Positions 1 through 9,224 of a stretch of DNA of 64,000 bases are shown piece after piece (the first letter of the stretch is position 1; each line of letters starts with the position of its first letter). Source of the stretch: Nitrososphaeria archaeon (GTDB lineage Archaea; Thermoproteota; Nitrososphaeria; Nitrososphaerales; JAAOZN01); NCBI GenBank assembly GCA_029775855.1, contig JARVJZ010000004.1, forward strand, positions 64,001 to 128,000, written 5' to 3'. Below the pieces are notes generated by a model that worked only from the letters and a program-made list of their open reading frames with translations, had not been told where the DNA came from and searched no databases. A program made the translations under genes and the position numbers.

Positions 1-184
1 ATCCCCCTCTCTTTGCTTCCTCCACATCTATCTCTGCCTCCCCTTGCTCCAATACTTTTACGGCTTCAACCATAGCCTCTAACACATATCTCTGAGGTGC
101 ACCTAGATCTACTAAGGAGGCGACTAACATATCACCTGAGATTCCAGCAGAGCTCGCATCTATAACTAAGATCTTATCCTTCAT
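1..184 (-). CDS. larC: Nickel-pincer cofactor biosynthesis protein LarC, N-terminal part (runs off window start)
   Basis: Manual translation from ATG at 184: MKDKILVIDASSAGISGDMLVASLVDLGA, matching the LarC N-terminal D-x3-AGISGDM-x3-LxDLG signature; divergent from larB. Confidence 0.85.
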   Translation of the reverse strand, partial: MKDKILVIDASSAGISGDMLVASLVDLGAPQRYVLEAMVEAVKVLEQGEAEIDVEEAKRGG

Positions 185-272
185 CCTCACTTATTGTCGA
201 GTATTCCCTTTTTATTCGCTTTGTTAGAGGATTTAAACTGTTTTAAAGTAGGTTTCAAAAACAGTAAGGGGG

Positions 273-1061
273 ATGAACCCTACATATAGGCGCATCTTAA
301 AAGATGTGGCTAACGGTAAAGTTTCGATTGAAGAGGCTGAGAAACTAATTGACCAAACCCTTTTGGCTGAAGTTAACGAGCTAGCGAAGCTAGATGTTGG
401 TAGAGAAGCCAGAAAAGGTATACCTGAAGTAGTCTACGGTGAAGACAAATCTGTTGGAGAGATTCATAGAATCATCTCTAAGAGCCTCGAAGCTTGCGAT
501 AAGGTTATAGTAAGTCGGCTCACCAAAGATAAGATCAAGAAGCTTAAACAGCTCCTAAACGATAAACCTCTGAGACTCAGCGAAAAGGCAGGCGTCTTAG
601 TGGTCAAAAGCAGTGAAGGCAAGGTTGTAAAGACTGGGGGAAGGGTTGGAATATTGACCGCCGGCACAAGTGATCTGAAGGTTGCCGAGGAAGCAAAGGT
701 GATGGCTGAAGAAATGGGGTGCGAAGTATATCTTGAGGCTGATGTTGGTGTTGCTGGTGTGCATAGATTAATTCCAGCGCTTAAACACATGCTCGATAGA
801 CAAGTTGATGTTATCGTTGTGGTTGCTGGGCGGGAAGGAGCGCTGCCTTCAGTTGTAGCGGGGCTGGTTTCCATCCCTGTTATAGGTGTGCCTACCTCAT
901 CAAGCTACGGCTTCGGTGAAAAGGGGTTGGCTGCTTTGATGGCTATGCTGCAATCCTGCTCACTCGGAATTGGTGTAGTGAACATAGACAATGGTATAGG
1001 AGGAGGAGCTTTGGCAGCACTTATAGCAAATAATGTAGCTGCAGCACGCTCTTCAAAATAA
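273..1061 (+). CDS. larB: Nickel-pincer cofactor biosynthesis carboxylase/hydrolase LarB (PurE-like)
   Basis: GIPEVVYGEDK, TAGTSD, DVGVAGVHRL, AGREGALPSVV, PVIGVPTS, VVNIDNG motifs. Confidence 0.93.
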   Translation: MNPTYRRILKDVANGKVSIEEAEKLIDQTLLAEVNELAKLDVGREARKGIPEVVYGEDKSVGEIHRIISKSLEACDKVIVSRLTKDKIKKLKQLLNDKPLRLSEKAGVLVVKSSEGKVVKTGGRVGILTAGTSDLKVAEEAKVMAEEMGCEVYLEADVGVAGVHRLIPALKHMLDRQVDVIVVVAGREGALPSVVAGLVSIPVIGVPTSSSYGFGEKGLAALMAMLQSCSLGIGVVNIDNGIGGGALAALIANNVAAARSSK

Positions 1062-1197
1062 GGCGCATACATCTTTGACACATAAAGCACCCTAATCTCT
1101 GAAAGATGTTACCCTATATCCAAAGTTGTCGATAACAGATGCTCATAAAGGGCTTATCTTTATATCTAATTGTTCTGCTAGGGTTGTGTTTACGCAC

Positions 1198-2007
1198 ATG
1201 CTGATTAAAAACTTACTAACGGTTTATGTAAGAAAGAATGTGTTAAGCTTTGTTGTGGGTGTAGTAATAGGAGTAGTCGCAGGCTTAATAGGAGTAGGCG
1301 GGGGCGAATTTAGAATACCAGCCTTAACCTACCTCACAAGCAGCTCTATGACCGTTGTTGCGTCATCCAATCTACTAATAGGCTTCTTTACCGTCTTTGT
1401 ATCATTTCTTCTACGCTTACTAAAAGGGTTAGCTAGTAGTAGCAGCATTCTTTTTGGCGCTTATCTTTCCGTTGGCTCAATAGTTGGAGCCTACTTAGGA
1501 GCTCTAATGAGTGGAAAGTTTTCAAATAGAGCGCTTAGGATACTAGTGATTGCATATCTTCTAATCGTGGGGCTGAGGTTTACTTTTGAGCCATTAATAG
1601 GAGAAGTCTCGGAAACCCTTCTATTCCAAGAAAATGTAATTCCCATTTACCTAATTTGCTTTGGCTTCCTTGTCAGCGTGCTCTCTGCTATGTTTGGCGT
1701 CGCGGGCGGGGAAATGCGCATCCCTATTCTTATAATGGCTTTTGGTTTAGGTGCAAAGCTTGCAGGTACTGCAAGCCTTTTTGCATCTATAGCTACAGTA
1801 GGGATAGGCTTCCTGCAGCATTACCGCATGGGTCATTTTGAAGTTAGATTTACTTGGATTGCTCTTTTCATGACTATTGGTTCCATCCTAGGAACCATAC
1901 TAGGAACTTTTTTGGTAGTCACTTTAGATGACCGGTATTTGAAACTAATACTTGGAGTAGTCTTAATAGCGGCGACTTTACGCTTTACGGCTGGATTAAA
2001 CAAATGA
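1198..2007 (+). CDS. TauE/SafE (TSUP) family membrane transporter
   Basis: Duplicated GLIGVGGGEFRIP / AMFGVAGGEMRIP motifs, about 8 TM helices; ATG 1198 preferred over ORF-track TTG 1126. Confidence 0.85.
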   Translation: MLIKNLLTVYVRKNVLSFVVGVVIGVVAGLIGVGGGEFRIPALTYLTSSSMTVVASSNLLIGFFTVFVSFLLRLLKGLASSSSILFGAYLSVGSIVGAYLGALMSGKFSNRALRILVIAYLLIVGLRFTFEPLIGEVSETLLFQENVIPIYLICFGFLVSVLSAMFGVAGGEMRIPILIMAFGLGAKLAGTASLFASIATVGIGFLQHYRMGHFEVRFTWIALFMTIGSILGTILGTFLVVTLDDRYLKLILGVVLIAATLRFTAGLNK

Positions 2008-2108
2008 ATCTAACTTTAAGCCTCAGTTTGCGCAGCTAAGAGGTAAACAGAGATAAAGAGGGGTCATTTGATGCTCCTCAAGCTGCCTACACTTTATATA
2101 GGAGTAAG

Positions 2109-2351
2109 ATGTATACAGAATCTGTGGTATACTACAAAGCGCATGTAGGATGCTCAAACCCAGCAATCATAGACAAGAACGGTAGAAAAGTGGGGCGATT
2201 CCACGCTGTCTACATACGCGAATCTAAACCCAACGGTGCGCGGTGGCGTAAGGTGGGTTGGTTGTGCATCGACTGTAATGGGTTTATAGCGTTAGATACG
2301 CCTGAGGCGAGAATACTTGAGGCTGGGAATCGAAGTAGAAGAGTAAGCTGA
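2109..2351 (+). CDS. Small basic hypothetical protein, possibly Zn-binding
   Basis: 80 aa, ATG after GGAG and TTTATA; HxxC...CxxC arrangement. Confidence 0.55.
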   Translation: MYTESVVYYKAHVGCSNPAIIDKNGRKVGRFHAVYIRESKPNGARWRKVGWLCIDCNGFIALDTPEARILEAGNRSRRVS

Positions 2352-2360
2352 TTTCATCTG

Positions 2361-2591
2361 CTACTCTATAACAGTCATCGTTAGGGTGGAACGAACCTCA
2401 GGCAAACCCCTAATCTTAACGGTTATCGTCTCCTTTAAGGCTTCAATACTATCCGCCTCAAGAATCACTACCAGATCATATACTCCAAAGACAAAGTAAG
2501 CCTCCTTAACATTTGGTGTGCTCCTCAGCTTCTGCAGAAGGTAGGTTTCTGTTCCTACATCTGCATTTATCAACACTATAGCCTTAGGCAA
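2361..2591 (-). CDS. Stand-alone Lrp/AsnC ligand-binding (RAM) domain protein
   Basis: KAIVLIN...VFGVYDLVVILEA...VRSTLT pattern. Confidence 0.9.
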   Translation of the reverse strand: MPKAIVLINADVGTETYLLQKLRSTPNVKEAYFVFGVYDLVVILEADSIEALKETITVKIRGLPEVRSTLTMTVIE

Positions 2592-2711
2592 TTAACATCC
2601 TACACATCCACAACACAGAGGGATATAAAAGTTCTTTTAATATCCAGATTCTAACTTTTCGATATAAATATTTATACACGAGTCGCATAGTTTAGAAGTG
2701 GTGCAAAATTA

Positions 2712-3152
2712 GTGTTTAGAAAGATCTTAGTTGCTGTGGACGGTTCAACGTTCGCTGAACACGCTGTGGAGTACGCTGCTATGCTAGCCAAAAAGTTTGG
2801 TTCAGAACTTGTCCTCATACACGCTATACTTAACCCCATGTATACATATGAAGGCATTGTGCTTAGCCCACCTCTAGAGCAGCTTGAGAAGGCTGGTCAA
2901 GAAGTTCTAAATCGAAACGTAGCGTTAGCGGAGAAAATAGGTGTGCAAGCTAAGACTCGGCTTGTAGTCGGGCACCCTGCTGATGAGATATCCAAGGTGG
3001 CTAACGAAGAAGACTTTGATCTGCTTGTTGTTGGAAGCAGAGGGTTGAGCTCTGTTAAAGCTTTCCTTCTTGGCAGCGTCTCTGAGAAGTTAAGTAGGCT
3101 CGCAAAGTGCCCAGTTTTAATCGTTAAACCTGGATGGAAGGTTAGTGAGTAG
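2712..3152 (+). CDS. Universal stress protein (UspA family)
   Basis: KILVAVDGS, GHPADEI, DLLVVGSRG, LLGSVSEK, CPVLIVK. Confidence 0.95.
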   Translation: MFRKILVAVDGSTFAEHAVEYAAMLAKKFGSELVLIHAILNPMYTYEGIVLSPPLEQLEKAGQEVLNRNVALAEKIGVQAKTRLVVGHPADEISKVANEEDFDLLVVGSRGLSSVKAFLLGSVSEKLSRLAKCPVLIVKPGWKVSE

Positions 3153-3288
3153 CTTTACATTTGTGCCTATCCTTATGTATGAAGCAGTATGTTGCACCAC
3201 ACTTCGAGCATCTATAGTGGTAGGATGTAGAGAGGTTTCTACCACACCATCCACAAGTCAGCTGACGTCTCTCTGCTAACTGAATCAA
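3142..3288 (-). CDS. Small AN1-like zinc-finger protein, 48 aa (absent from ORF track)
   Basis: Manual translation from TTG: MIQLAERRQLTCGWCGRNLSTSYHYRCSKCGATYCFIHKDRHKCKATH; C-x2-C-x11-C-x2-C-x4-C-x2-H-x3-H-x-C. Confidence 0.7.
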   Translation of the reverse strand: MIQLAERRQLTCGWCGRNLSTSYHYRCSKCGATYCFIHKDRHKCKATH

Positions 3289-3374
3289 ACTCTTCTGTAT
3301 TTGTAGAGGTCATAGGTAAATTATAAATTTTGCTTAGAACATAGAGCATCAAAATTTAAAATCATCTGATTCTA

Positions 3375-3863
3375 ATGGTATATCGCATGGAGAGCATCGT
3401 AAGGCTGTTTAACGATGTGCAAGGACATACATATGACACCATTCTAGATTTAGTCTTCACAACTAAAAGGCTTATAGTCCTCCGGATACTCAGCCCCCAA
3501 GATGGAAGAGACCTAAGGGCTGCGCCGAACCTACTGAGCTTGTTTATAGGCTCCTCTGGGCTACGTAGAGCAGAAGCTGTAAAGAGGTATAAGATTGCGT
3601 CGGAAAGGCGTCAGAAGCTTATGTATCTTACACCTGAACAGATTGCAAATGAAGATGAATGCATACTTGAAATACAGTATAATCTACTTTCAAAGGCTAA
3701 GTTTACTCAAAGCATCTTTGGCAGAGTGGTAGAGTTCAGTTTTGAGAGGGATGGTGTTAAACATTCTTTATCGGTTAGACTCACACGCGAGCAGTATGAA
3801 GATATGTGGAGGCTTCTTGGTGAAGTAGCACCTCAAATCCGTGAGAAGAAGGTGAGGAGCTAA
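3375..3863 (+). CDS. Hypothetical protein, possibly PH-like beta fold
   Basis: 162-aa ORF with upstream TATA; LVFTTKRLIV resembles PH-like strands. Confidence 0.55.
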   Translation: MVYRMESIVRLFNDVQGHTYDTILDLVFTTKRLIVLRILSPQDGRDLRAAPNLLSLFIGSSGLRRAEAVKRYKIASERRQKLMYLTPEQIANEDECILEIQYNLLSKAKFTQSIFGRVVEFSFERDGVKHSLSVRLTREQYEDMWRLLGEVAPQIREKKVRS

Positions 3864-4759
3864 GGCATCTGCTCTAAAGAGGCGTTAAGCATTTTAATTT
3901 GATCGATTGTTATGCTAAGAGGGTATCCGAAGACAACTTCAGTTATGCCTAACTCTCTGAGTGTGTGTATGTAGTTAGGTAAAGCGCCTACATGCATAGT
4001 TATAGTTAGAGCCCTAACCAAGTTTTCTGATACTATCTTAGCTTCCTCACCTTCTTGGATGTCCTTAAGGCGCTTTAATGTTCGTTCATATTCTACCTCA
4101 AGATTTAAATCCCTTGCAAGCCTCTTTGACATGCCTAGAAGTATCTTAAGCGCCGCTTTCTTAGCGCGATTGAGCATATCTTCTTCGATAATTTTGTAGA
4201 TGTATGCTGGTGCTGATATCCCGACTGAAATATGTTGTTTTAATGCACCTATCTTATCTAAAGCCCATCTTAAGTAGTCTAAATTTGAATGATTCAAGAG
4301 CACGTAATCAAAACAAGTTGATAGACTGAGTGTCGTAGAGCCTTGTGCGGCTAGCCAAAGTTTTATGCCTAATCTAGACAGTTCTTCTTCGAGCATTCTG
4401 CATGTTGATTTTAATATATTCAAGAAGTCTGTATGAGTTATTTTTACACCTAATTCTTTGAGCAGAGTTTTATCTCCAAGCCCTATGCATAGATCAAAGC
4501 GTTTTCCATAAAGATCTGTTAATTCCGTCAATCTTTTGATGATCTCTCTGACGCTGTAGATATAAGGGCTCAACGCACCAATACCTATCTTTAGACCCTC
4601 TACGCTTTCAGCTACCGCGGAAGCCATCTCAAAGGGGTCTCTGCCCTTTGATGAAAAGGAGACCCAGATTTTTTTGATTTTACTCCGCGCAATTAATATA
4701 GAGATCTCCTTTGCTTCATCCAAACCTTCACCCACGTTGAGGGCAAGGCCGAAGATCAA
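3860..4759 (-). CDS. Divergent luciferase-like (LLM/Mer-like) flavin- or F420-dependent oxidoreductase
   Basis: MIFGLAL start (TTG 4759), RDPF, KIGIGALSPY, RFDLCIGLGD, LWLAAQG, LGITEVVFGYP. Confidence 0.7.
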   Translation of the reverse strand: MIFGLALNVGEGLDEAKEISILIARSKIKKIWVSFSSKGRDPFEMASAVAESVEGLKIGIGALSPYIYSVREIIKRLTELTDLYGKRFDLCIGLGDKTLLKELGVKITHTDFLNILKSTCRMLEEELSRLGIKLWLAAQGSTTLSLSTCFDYVLLNHSNLDYLRWALDKIGALKQHISVGISAPAYIYKIIEEDMLNRAKKAALKILLGMSKRLARDLNLEVEYERTLKRLKDIQEGEEAKIVSENLVRALTITMHVGALPNYIHTLRELGITEVVFGYPLSITIDQIKMLNASLEQMP

Positions 4760-4829
4760 AAGCAGAGACACCTATAAGAGATATATCAGCTTGAGAGTAG
4801 ATTAAGAGATTGTGTAAATTAATAAAGGT

Positions 4830-5351
4830 TTACCCTCTTGATACTGGTCTCTTGCTTAATGTGTCGATAAGCCAGCTTATTCCTTGGGTAGTTATCCTAT
4901 ATTTTATGCCTTGCTCGGTTTGAACCCTTTCAACAAACCCACCCTTCACAAGTTCGCTGAGTCTTGAGCTGACAGACTTTGGGTTTAATCCTGTTGCGGA
5001 TTGAATTTCGCTTACTAGAAGCGAGTCCACTTGGGATTTGGCTGTTTGATATCCTATCTTTACAGCTACTAGCTGTAGCGCAACCCTTTCTTTATCACTT
5101 AACTTGCCACCTTCAACCCAGACCCGAGGCCCTTCAGGCGTAATCTTAATCAACCTTTCAAACTTCTCTACAAGCTCTTTAGTAGAGTAGCTTAGATAGA
5201 TACGCCTAGCCAAGTCGATGGTTGGTATCTGCTTGTGTAGAAACTCATCTACTTGAGCAGCGACAACTTCAGCTCTGCCTGAAAACTCAACTTTAACGTC
5301 GCCGAAAGAAATAGCAACATTAATTGTAGGTTCCTCTGACAAATCCACCAC
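4830..5351 (-). CDS. Winged-helix DNA-binding domain protein
   Basis: C-terminal EIQSATGLNPKSVSSRLSELVKGGFVER...YRITTQG. Confidence 0.75.
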   Translation of the reverse strand: MVDLSEEPTINVAISFGDVKVEFSGRAEVVAAQVDEFLHKQIPTIDLARRIYLSYSTKELVEKFERLIKITPEGPRVWVEGGKLSDKERVALQLVAVKIGYQTAKSQVDSLLVSEIQSATGLNPKSVSSRLSELVKGGFVERVQTEQGIKYRITTQGISWLIDTLSKRPVSRG

Positions 5352-5394
5352 ATCATATCAAACAAAAGGTCTTCACAATTAAGCTTTGCGCATA

Positions 5395-5682
5395 TCAACG
5401 AAACTCGTTCTGAAGAGCTAACTTCACAGCAGACGCTAAATCGCCAACCGATACTCCTAGTAGCTGAGCACCAGCACGCATAACTGCATTAGCCAACACT
5501 TGCTCTATATCCGAGGAAACATTAACACCGCTCAGAGATTCCTCGATCTGCTCTATCGCTTCTTCTGGATAAAGAAAAAAGTCTCCTGCTATCAAAGCTC
5601 GTCTAATTACATTTTCTTCCACATCGAGTTTAACCTTGATCATCTTGCCGCCTTTTACCTTATATTCTGATGTAAGCAGCAT
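5395..5682 (-). CDS. lplB: Lipoate-protein ligase accessory subunit (C-terminal domain, LplB)
   Basis: YKVKGGKMI, GDFFLYPEEAIEQIE; GAGGTG RBS before ATG 5682; directly after lplA. Confidence 0.85.
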   Translation of the reverse strand: MLLTSEYKVKGGKMIKVKLDVEENVIRRALIAGDFFLYPEEAIEQIEESLSGVNVSSDIEQVLANAVMRAGAQLLGVSVGDLASAVKLALQNEFR

Positions 5683-5687
5683 ACGAT

Positions 5688-6467
5688 TCACCTCTTTGCG
5701 ATCCAGCTCCAAGAAGCAAAGCGTTTACGGTATTCAGAAGCGAGCTCGAGCTCAGCTTGTGTTGGAGATGATGGTTCTATAGCGGTGTCAAAATATTCTG
5801 AGAATCCTCTTCGCAGAGCCTCCTTGATGTCCTCTAAAGTTATGCTGCTTGATACTTCACGATATATCGTCGTAACTCTGTCTTCAACCGCCTTGATTGC
5901 CTTGTCACTTATCTTCTCTTTGCTCACCTTCAAAACTTTAAACATCGTAGGTATGTCTGTCCTCAGTAAGATGGTTCCGTGTTGTAGAATTACTCCTCTT
6001 CTGCGCGTTTGAGCATTACCAGAAATCTTCTTACCGTTAACTACAATATCATTTATAGGCTTGAATTCGGCACTTATGCCAATCTTCTTCAGCCCCTCAA
6101 CAACCGCTTCACAGATAACTCTATAGGAACCTTGTATATCCTCGAAGAACCTTTTAGATCTCAGTGTGTCTTCACTAACCACTAGGCTGTATGTCAATTC
6201 ACCTCCACACTCATGATAGACCGCGCCGCCTCCAGTAATTCTGCGAACAACATCTACACCCAAAGACTTGCACGCATCGAGGTCTACTTCTTGCTCCAAG
6301 CTCTGAAAATAGCCTATTGATACAGCAGAAGGCTTCCAAGTGTAGACCCTAAGAGTTTCAGGAACCCTCTTCTCAGTACGCAGCATAAGAATAGCTTCGT
6401 CGAGCGCCATATTCCAATACGCATCATTATACCCAGTATCCAAGAACCTCCACAAAGTCATCAGCAA
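5688..6467 (-). CDS. lplA: Lipoate-protein ligase A catalytic subunit
   Basis: NMALDEA, VRRITGGGAVYH, NDIVVNGKKISGNAQ, LQHGT. Confidence 0.93.
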   Translation of the reverse strand: MLMTLWRFLDTGYNDAYWNMALDEAILMLRTEKRVPETLRVYTWKPSAVSIGYFQSLEQEVDLDACKSLGVDVVRRITGGGAVYHECGGELTYSLVVSEDTLRSKRFFEDIQGSYRVICEAVVEGLKKIGISAEFKPINDIVVNGKKISGNAQTRRRGVILQHGTILLRTDIPTMFKVLKVSKEKISDKAIKAVEDRVTTIYREVSSSITLEDIKEALRRGFSEYFDTAIEPSSPTQAELELASEYRKRFASWSWIAKR

Positions 6468-6551
6468 GCCTTCAACGCATTTCTCTTAGTAAGCTTTTCC
6501 CTATCTGTAAGAGTTAATAGAAAGTCTAAGCATATATTCCTATGCAGGCTG

Positions 6552-7595
6552 GTGATAAGCTTGCCTAAACAAACACCAACTGCTCTCTACCCCGCTCTGT
6601 TAGGCGAAGCAGAAGAAGGAGGGCGGGTCAGATGTAGATTATGCGCTAGACTGTGCAGCCTGCCTGAAGGTAAAGTTGGATACTGCGGCGTAAGGATGAA
6701 CAGCGGAGGTAAACTCTACTCCCTAAACTATGGCAGACTAGTAGCGATGCATCCAGACCCTATAGAGAAGAAGCCTCTTAATCACTTTCATCCTGGCTCA
6801 TACGTGTTTTCAATAGCGACAGTAGGCTGCAACTTTGCCTGCCAATACTGCCAAAACTACGACATCAGCCAGAGAAGAGTTGTGCAGGAACCATACACAC
6901 CCATAGAGAAGGTCCTTGAACTTACGAGAGCGTATCAGTGCCAAGGTGTAACTGGAACATACAACGAGCCAACAATAGAAGCAGAATATCTTATCGACTT
7001 GATGAGAGAAGCTAAGAAAAGAGGTTACTTTACAACATGGGTCTCAAACGGTTACCTAACCCCAGAAGCGGTCGAACTAATAGCGCCTCATCTTGATGCA
7101 ATCACTGTAGACTTCAAAGGATCTGGTAACCGAGACTTCTACCGAAAATACATTCTTGTACCATCAGCCGAGCCTATCTTTGAGACACTTAAATTACTCA
7201 AAGCAAAAGGCGTCCATATAGAGATCACAGATCTTATCGTTCCGGTCCAAAGCGGAGCTGAAATCGAAGACATCAAGAAACTAGCTGAATGGATAGCCGC
7301 AAACCTAAGCGACGAAACACCATTCCACCTACTTAGATTCCACCCAGATTATAGAATGCTTGACACCCCTTACACACCAATCGAAACACTAACGAAAGGT
7401 TGGGCTGTGGCTAGAGAGGCGGGTTTAAAGCACGTCTACCTTGGGAATGTACCTGAAGGAGGTTATGAAGACACAATATGTCCTTCTTGTGGTGCAATAT
7501 GCATAGAGCGCCGCGGCTTCTGGCTAGTGAAGAACTTCTTAAAGAATGGAAACCAGTGCCCCTCTTGTGGCAGAAAGCTGAATATAGTGGACTAA
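6552..7595 (+). CDS. amrS: AmmeMemoRadiSam-system radical SAM enzyme
   Basis: N-terminal CxxC-x3-C, DPIEKKPLNHF, GCNFACQYCQNYDISQ, YNEPT, RFHPDY, C-terminal CPSCG pair. Confidence 0.9.
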   Translation: MISLPKQTPTALYPALLGEAEEGGRVRCRLCARLCSLPEGKVGYCGVRMNSGGKLYSLNYGRLVAMHPDPIEKKPLNHFHPGSYVFSIATVGCNFACQYCQNYDISQRRVVQEPYTPIEKVLELTRAYQCQGVTGTYNEPTIEAEYLIDLMREAKKRGYFTTWVSNGYLTPEAVELIAPHLDAITVDFKGSGNRDFYRKYILVPSAEPIFETLKLLKAKGVHIEITDLIVPVQSGAEIEDIKKLAEWIAANLSDETPFHLLRFHPDYRMLDTPYTPIETLTKGWAVAREAGLKHVYLGNVPEGGYEDTICPSCGAICIERRGFWLVKNFLKNGNQCPSCGRKLNIVD

Positions 7596-7624
7596 AGCTC
7601 TTGGGATACTTTAGCGCATCTAGA

Positions 7625-8062
7625 TTATTCAACTCTTTCCCAGCTTTCAATTCCACCTTCAACAACCCTAAAGATAGGGTTCGGTTTGATGAATTTAGTA
7701 TTCAATCTTTTTAATTCCTCAAATCTTTTTACGTCCCGCTTCTTAAGTTTTTCAAGTAGGTGCTTAAACTCATACTTAAGTTGACCACAAGTAACACTTA
7801 CAGCTTTCGATATTGTAATACACCTTATTTTAGAGTAATCAAACAAATACCCTCTTTTCTCCGCCTCATAATATATTTGAGTAAGGTATGCATCTATCAG
7901 ATCAATAGGCTTATCATATAGTTTAAACCTTATAAGTTGAGGATGGTTTACATATCCTCTAGTCTTACCCTCTAAAACCCTCTTTGCCAGCAACCCCTCC
8001 CTCCAAAGAGCCACCAACCCACGGCTATCAAGATACTTAGGGTGAATAGACCAAAGTCTCAT
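7625..8062 (-). CDS. Pyrimidine-dimer DNA glycosylase / T4 endonuclease V-like protein
   Basis: MRLWSIHPKYLD...LVALWREGLLA...GYVNHPQL...RGY. Confidence 0.85.
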   Translation of the reverse strand: MRLWSIHPKYLDSRGLVALWREGLLAKRVLEGKTRGYVNHPQLIRFKLYDKPIDLIDAYLTQIYYEAEKRGYLFDYSKIRCITISKAVSVTCGQLKYEFKHLLEKLKKRDVKRFEELKRLNTKFIKPNPIFRVVEGGIESWERVE

Positions 8063-8136
8063 CTAAAAGCCACACGGTAAATTGACAACATCTTACAACA
8101 TAAATATTACTTGATCAGATGCTAATTTGATTAAAA

Positions 8137-8799
8137 TTGAAGCATCTAATTATCTTTGGTCCACCAGGCTCTGGTAAGGGGACGGTCTCACAAGAGGTTG
8201 CTAAGGTCTACGGCATTCCTCACATATCTACAGGAGATCTGCTTCGAGAACACGTTTCTAAGAAAACAACATTTGGTTTAAAGGCTAAGGAGTATATGGA
8301 TAGGGGTGAACTTGTGCCTAACAGCTTGGTCAATGAACTTATGGAAGATGCTCTGGCAAAAAGTGAATGCAGAAAGGGCTTTATACTTGACGGATACCCT
8401 AGGACCGTAGAGCAAGCAGAGGAGCTAGAGAAGATTCTCAATAAGTTGAATCTACATATAGATTGGGTAATCAACTTGAATGTTTCTGACGAAGAGATAA
8501 TAAGAAGGCTTTCAACAAGAAGAGTATGCAAAGTATGCGGCGCGGTTTACAACACAGTAACTAATCCATCTAAGAAAGAAGGAGTCTGCGATGTCTGCGG
8601 TGGTCCTCTAATATTAAGAGATGACGATAAACCAGAGGTGGTTAAAAATAGGCTTCAAACTTATGCAAAGATGAGCGCGCCTGTATTGAGTTACTATATA
8701 TCTCGTCAAAAGGTGCTGAACATAGATGGCTCAGGGGATGTCGCCACAGTTAGAGCGAGAGTGCTTAACACTTTAGAAGAGAAGATGAGAGTAAAGTAA
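8137..8799 (+). CDS. adk: Adenylate kinase, bacterial type with Zn-LID
   Basis: GPPGSGKGT, HISTGDLLR, LDGYPR, CxxC...CxxC lid, RDDD. Confidence 0.95.
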   Translation: MKHLIIFGPPGSGKGTVSQEVAKVYGIPHISTGDLLREHVSKKTTFGLKAKEYMDRGELVPNSLVNELMEDALAKSECRKGFILDGYPRTVEQAEELEKILNKLNLHIDWVINLNVSDEEIIRRLSTRRVCKVCGAVYNTVTNPSKKEGVCDVCGGPLILRDDDKPEVVKNRLQTYAKMSAPVLSYYISRQKVLNIDGSGDVATVRARVLNTLEEKMRVK

Positions 8800-8802
8800 A
8801 AT

Positions 8803-9210
8803 TTAAGGCATTATCTGCTTCAGCTTAGCCTCTATTATCTGACGGGGAACAGCACCTATCAACCTATCCACAACTTCACCATTACGCGCAAAGAGTAGAG
8901 TAGGTATGCTCATAATTCCATATTGTGAAGCTACGGTCGGATTCTCATCTACATTAAGCTTCCCAAATACTACTCTACCAGCGTAATCTGAAGCTAGCGC
9001 ATCAATTACGGGTGAGAGTATTCTGCAAGGTCCACACCAAGGCGCCCAACAATCTATAACAACTACTGGATACTGTGTGATGAAGTTGTCGAAGGTCGCG
9101 TCTGAAACTTCTACTGGCCTGTTAGGGTAGTTCTTTTTAGCCTCTTGTTCCGCTGCTTTTCTCATAAGTTCAAACATCTTTCTTCTTTTTAGATCTTCTA
9201 AGTCGCTCAA
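8803..9210 (-). CDS. trxA: Thioredoxin
   Basis: WAPWCGPC active site, SIPTL. Confidence 0.95.
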   Translation of the reverse strand: MSDLEDLKRRKMFELMRKAAEQEAKKNYPNRPVEVSDATFDNFITQYPVVVIDCWAPWCGPCRILSPVIDALASDYAGRVVFGKLNVDENPTVASQYGIMSIPTLLFARNGEVVDRLIGAVPRQIIEAKLKQIMP

Positions 9211-9224
9211 GGCTCTTCTCCTAA

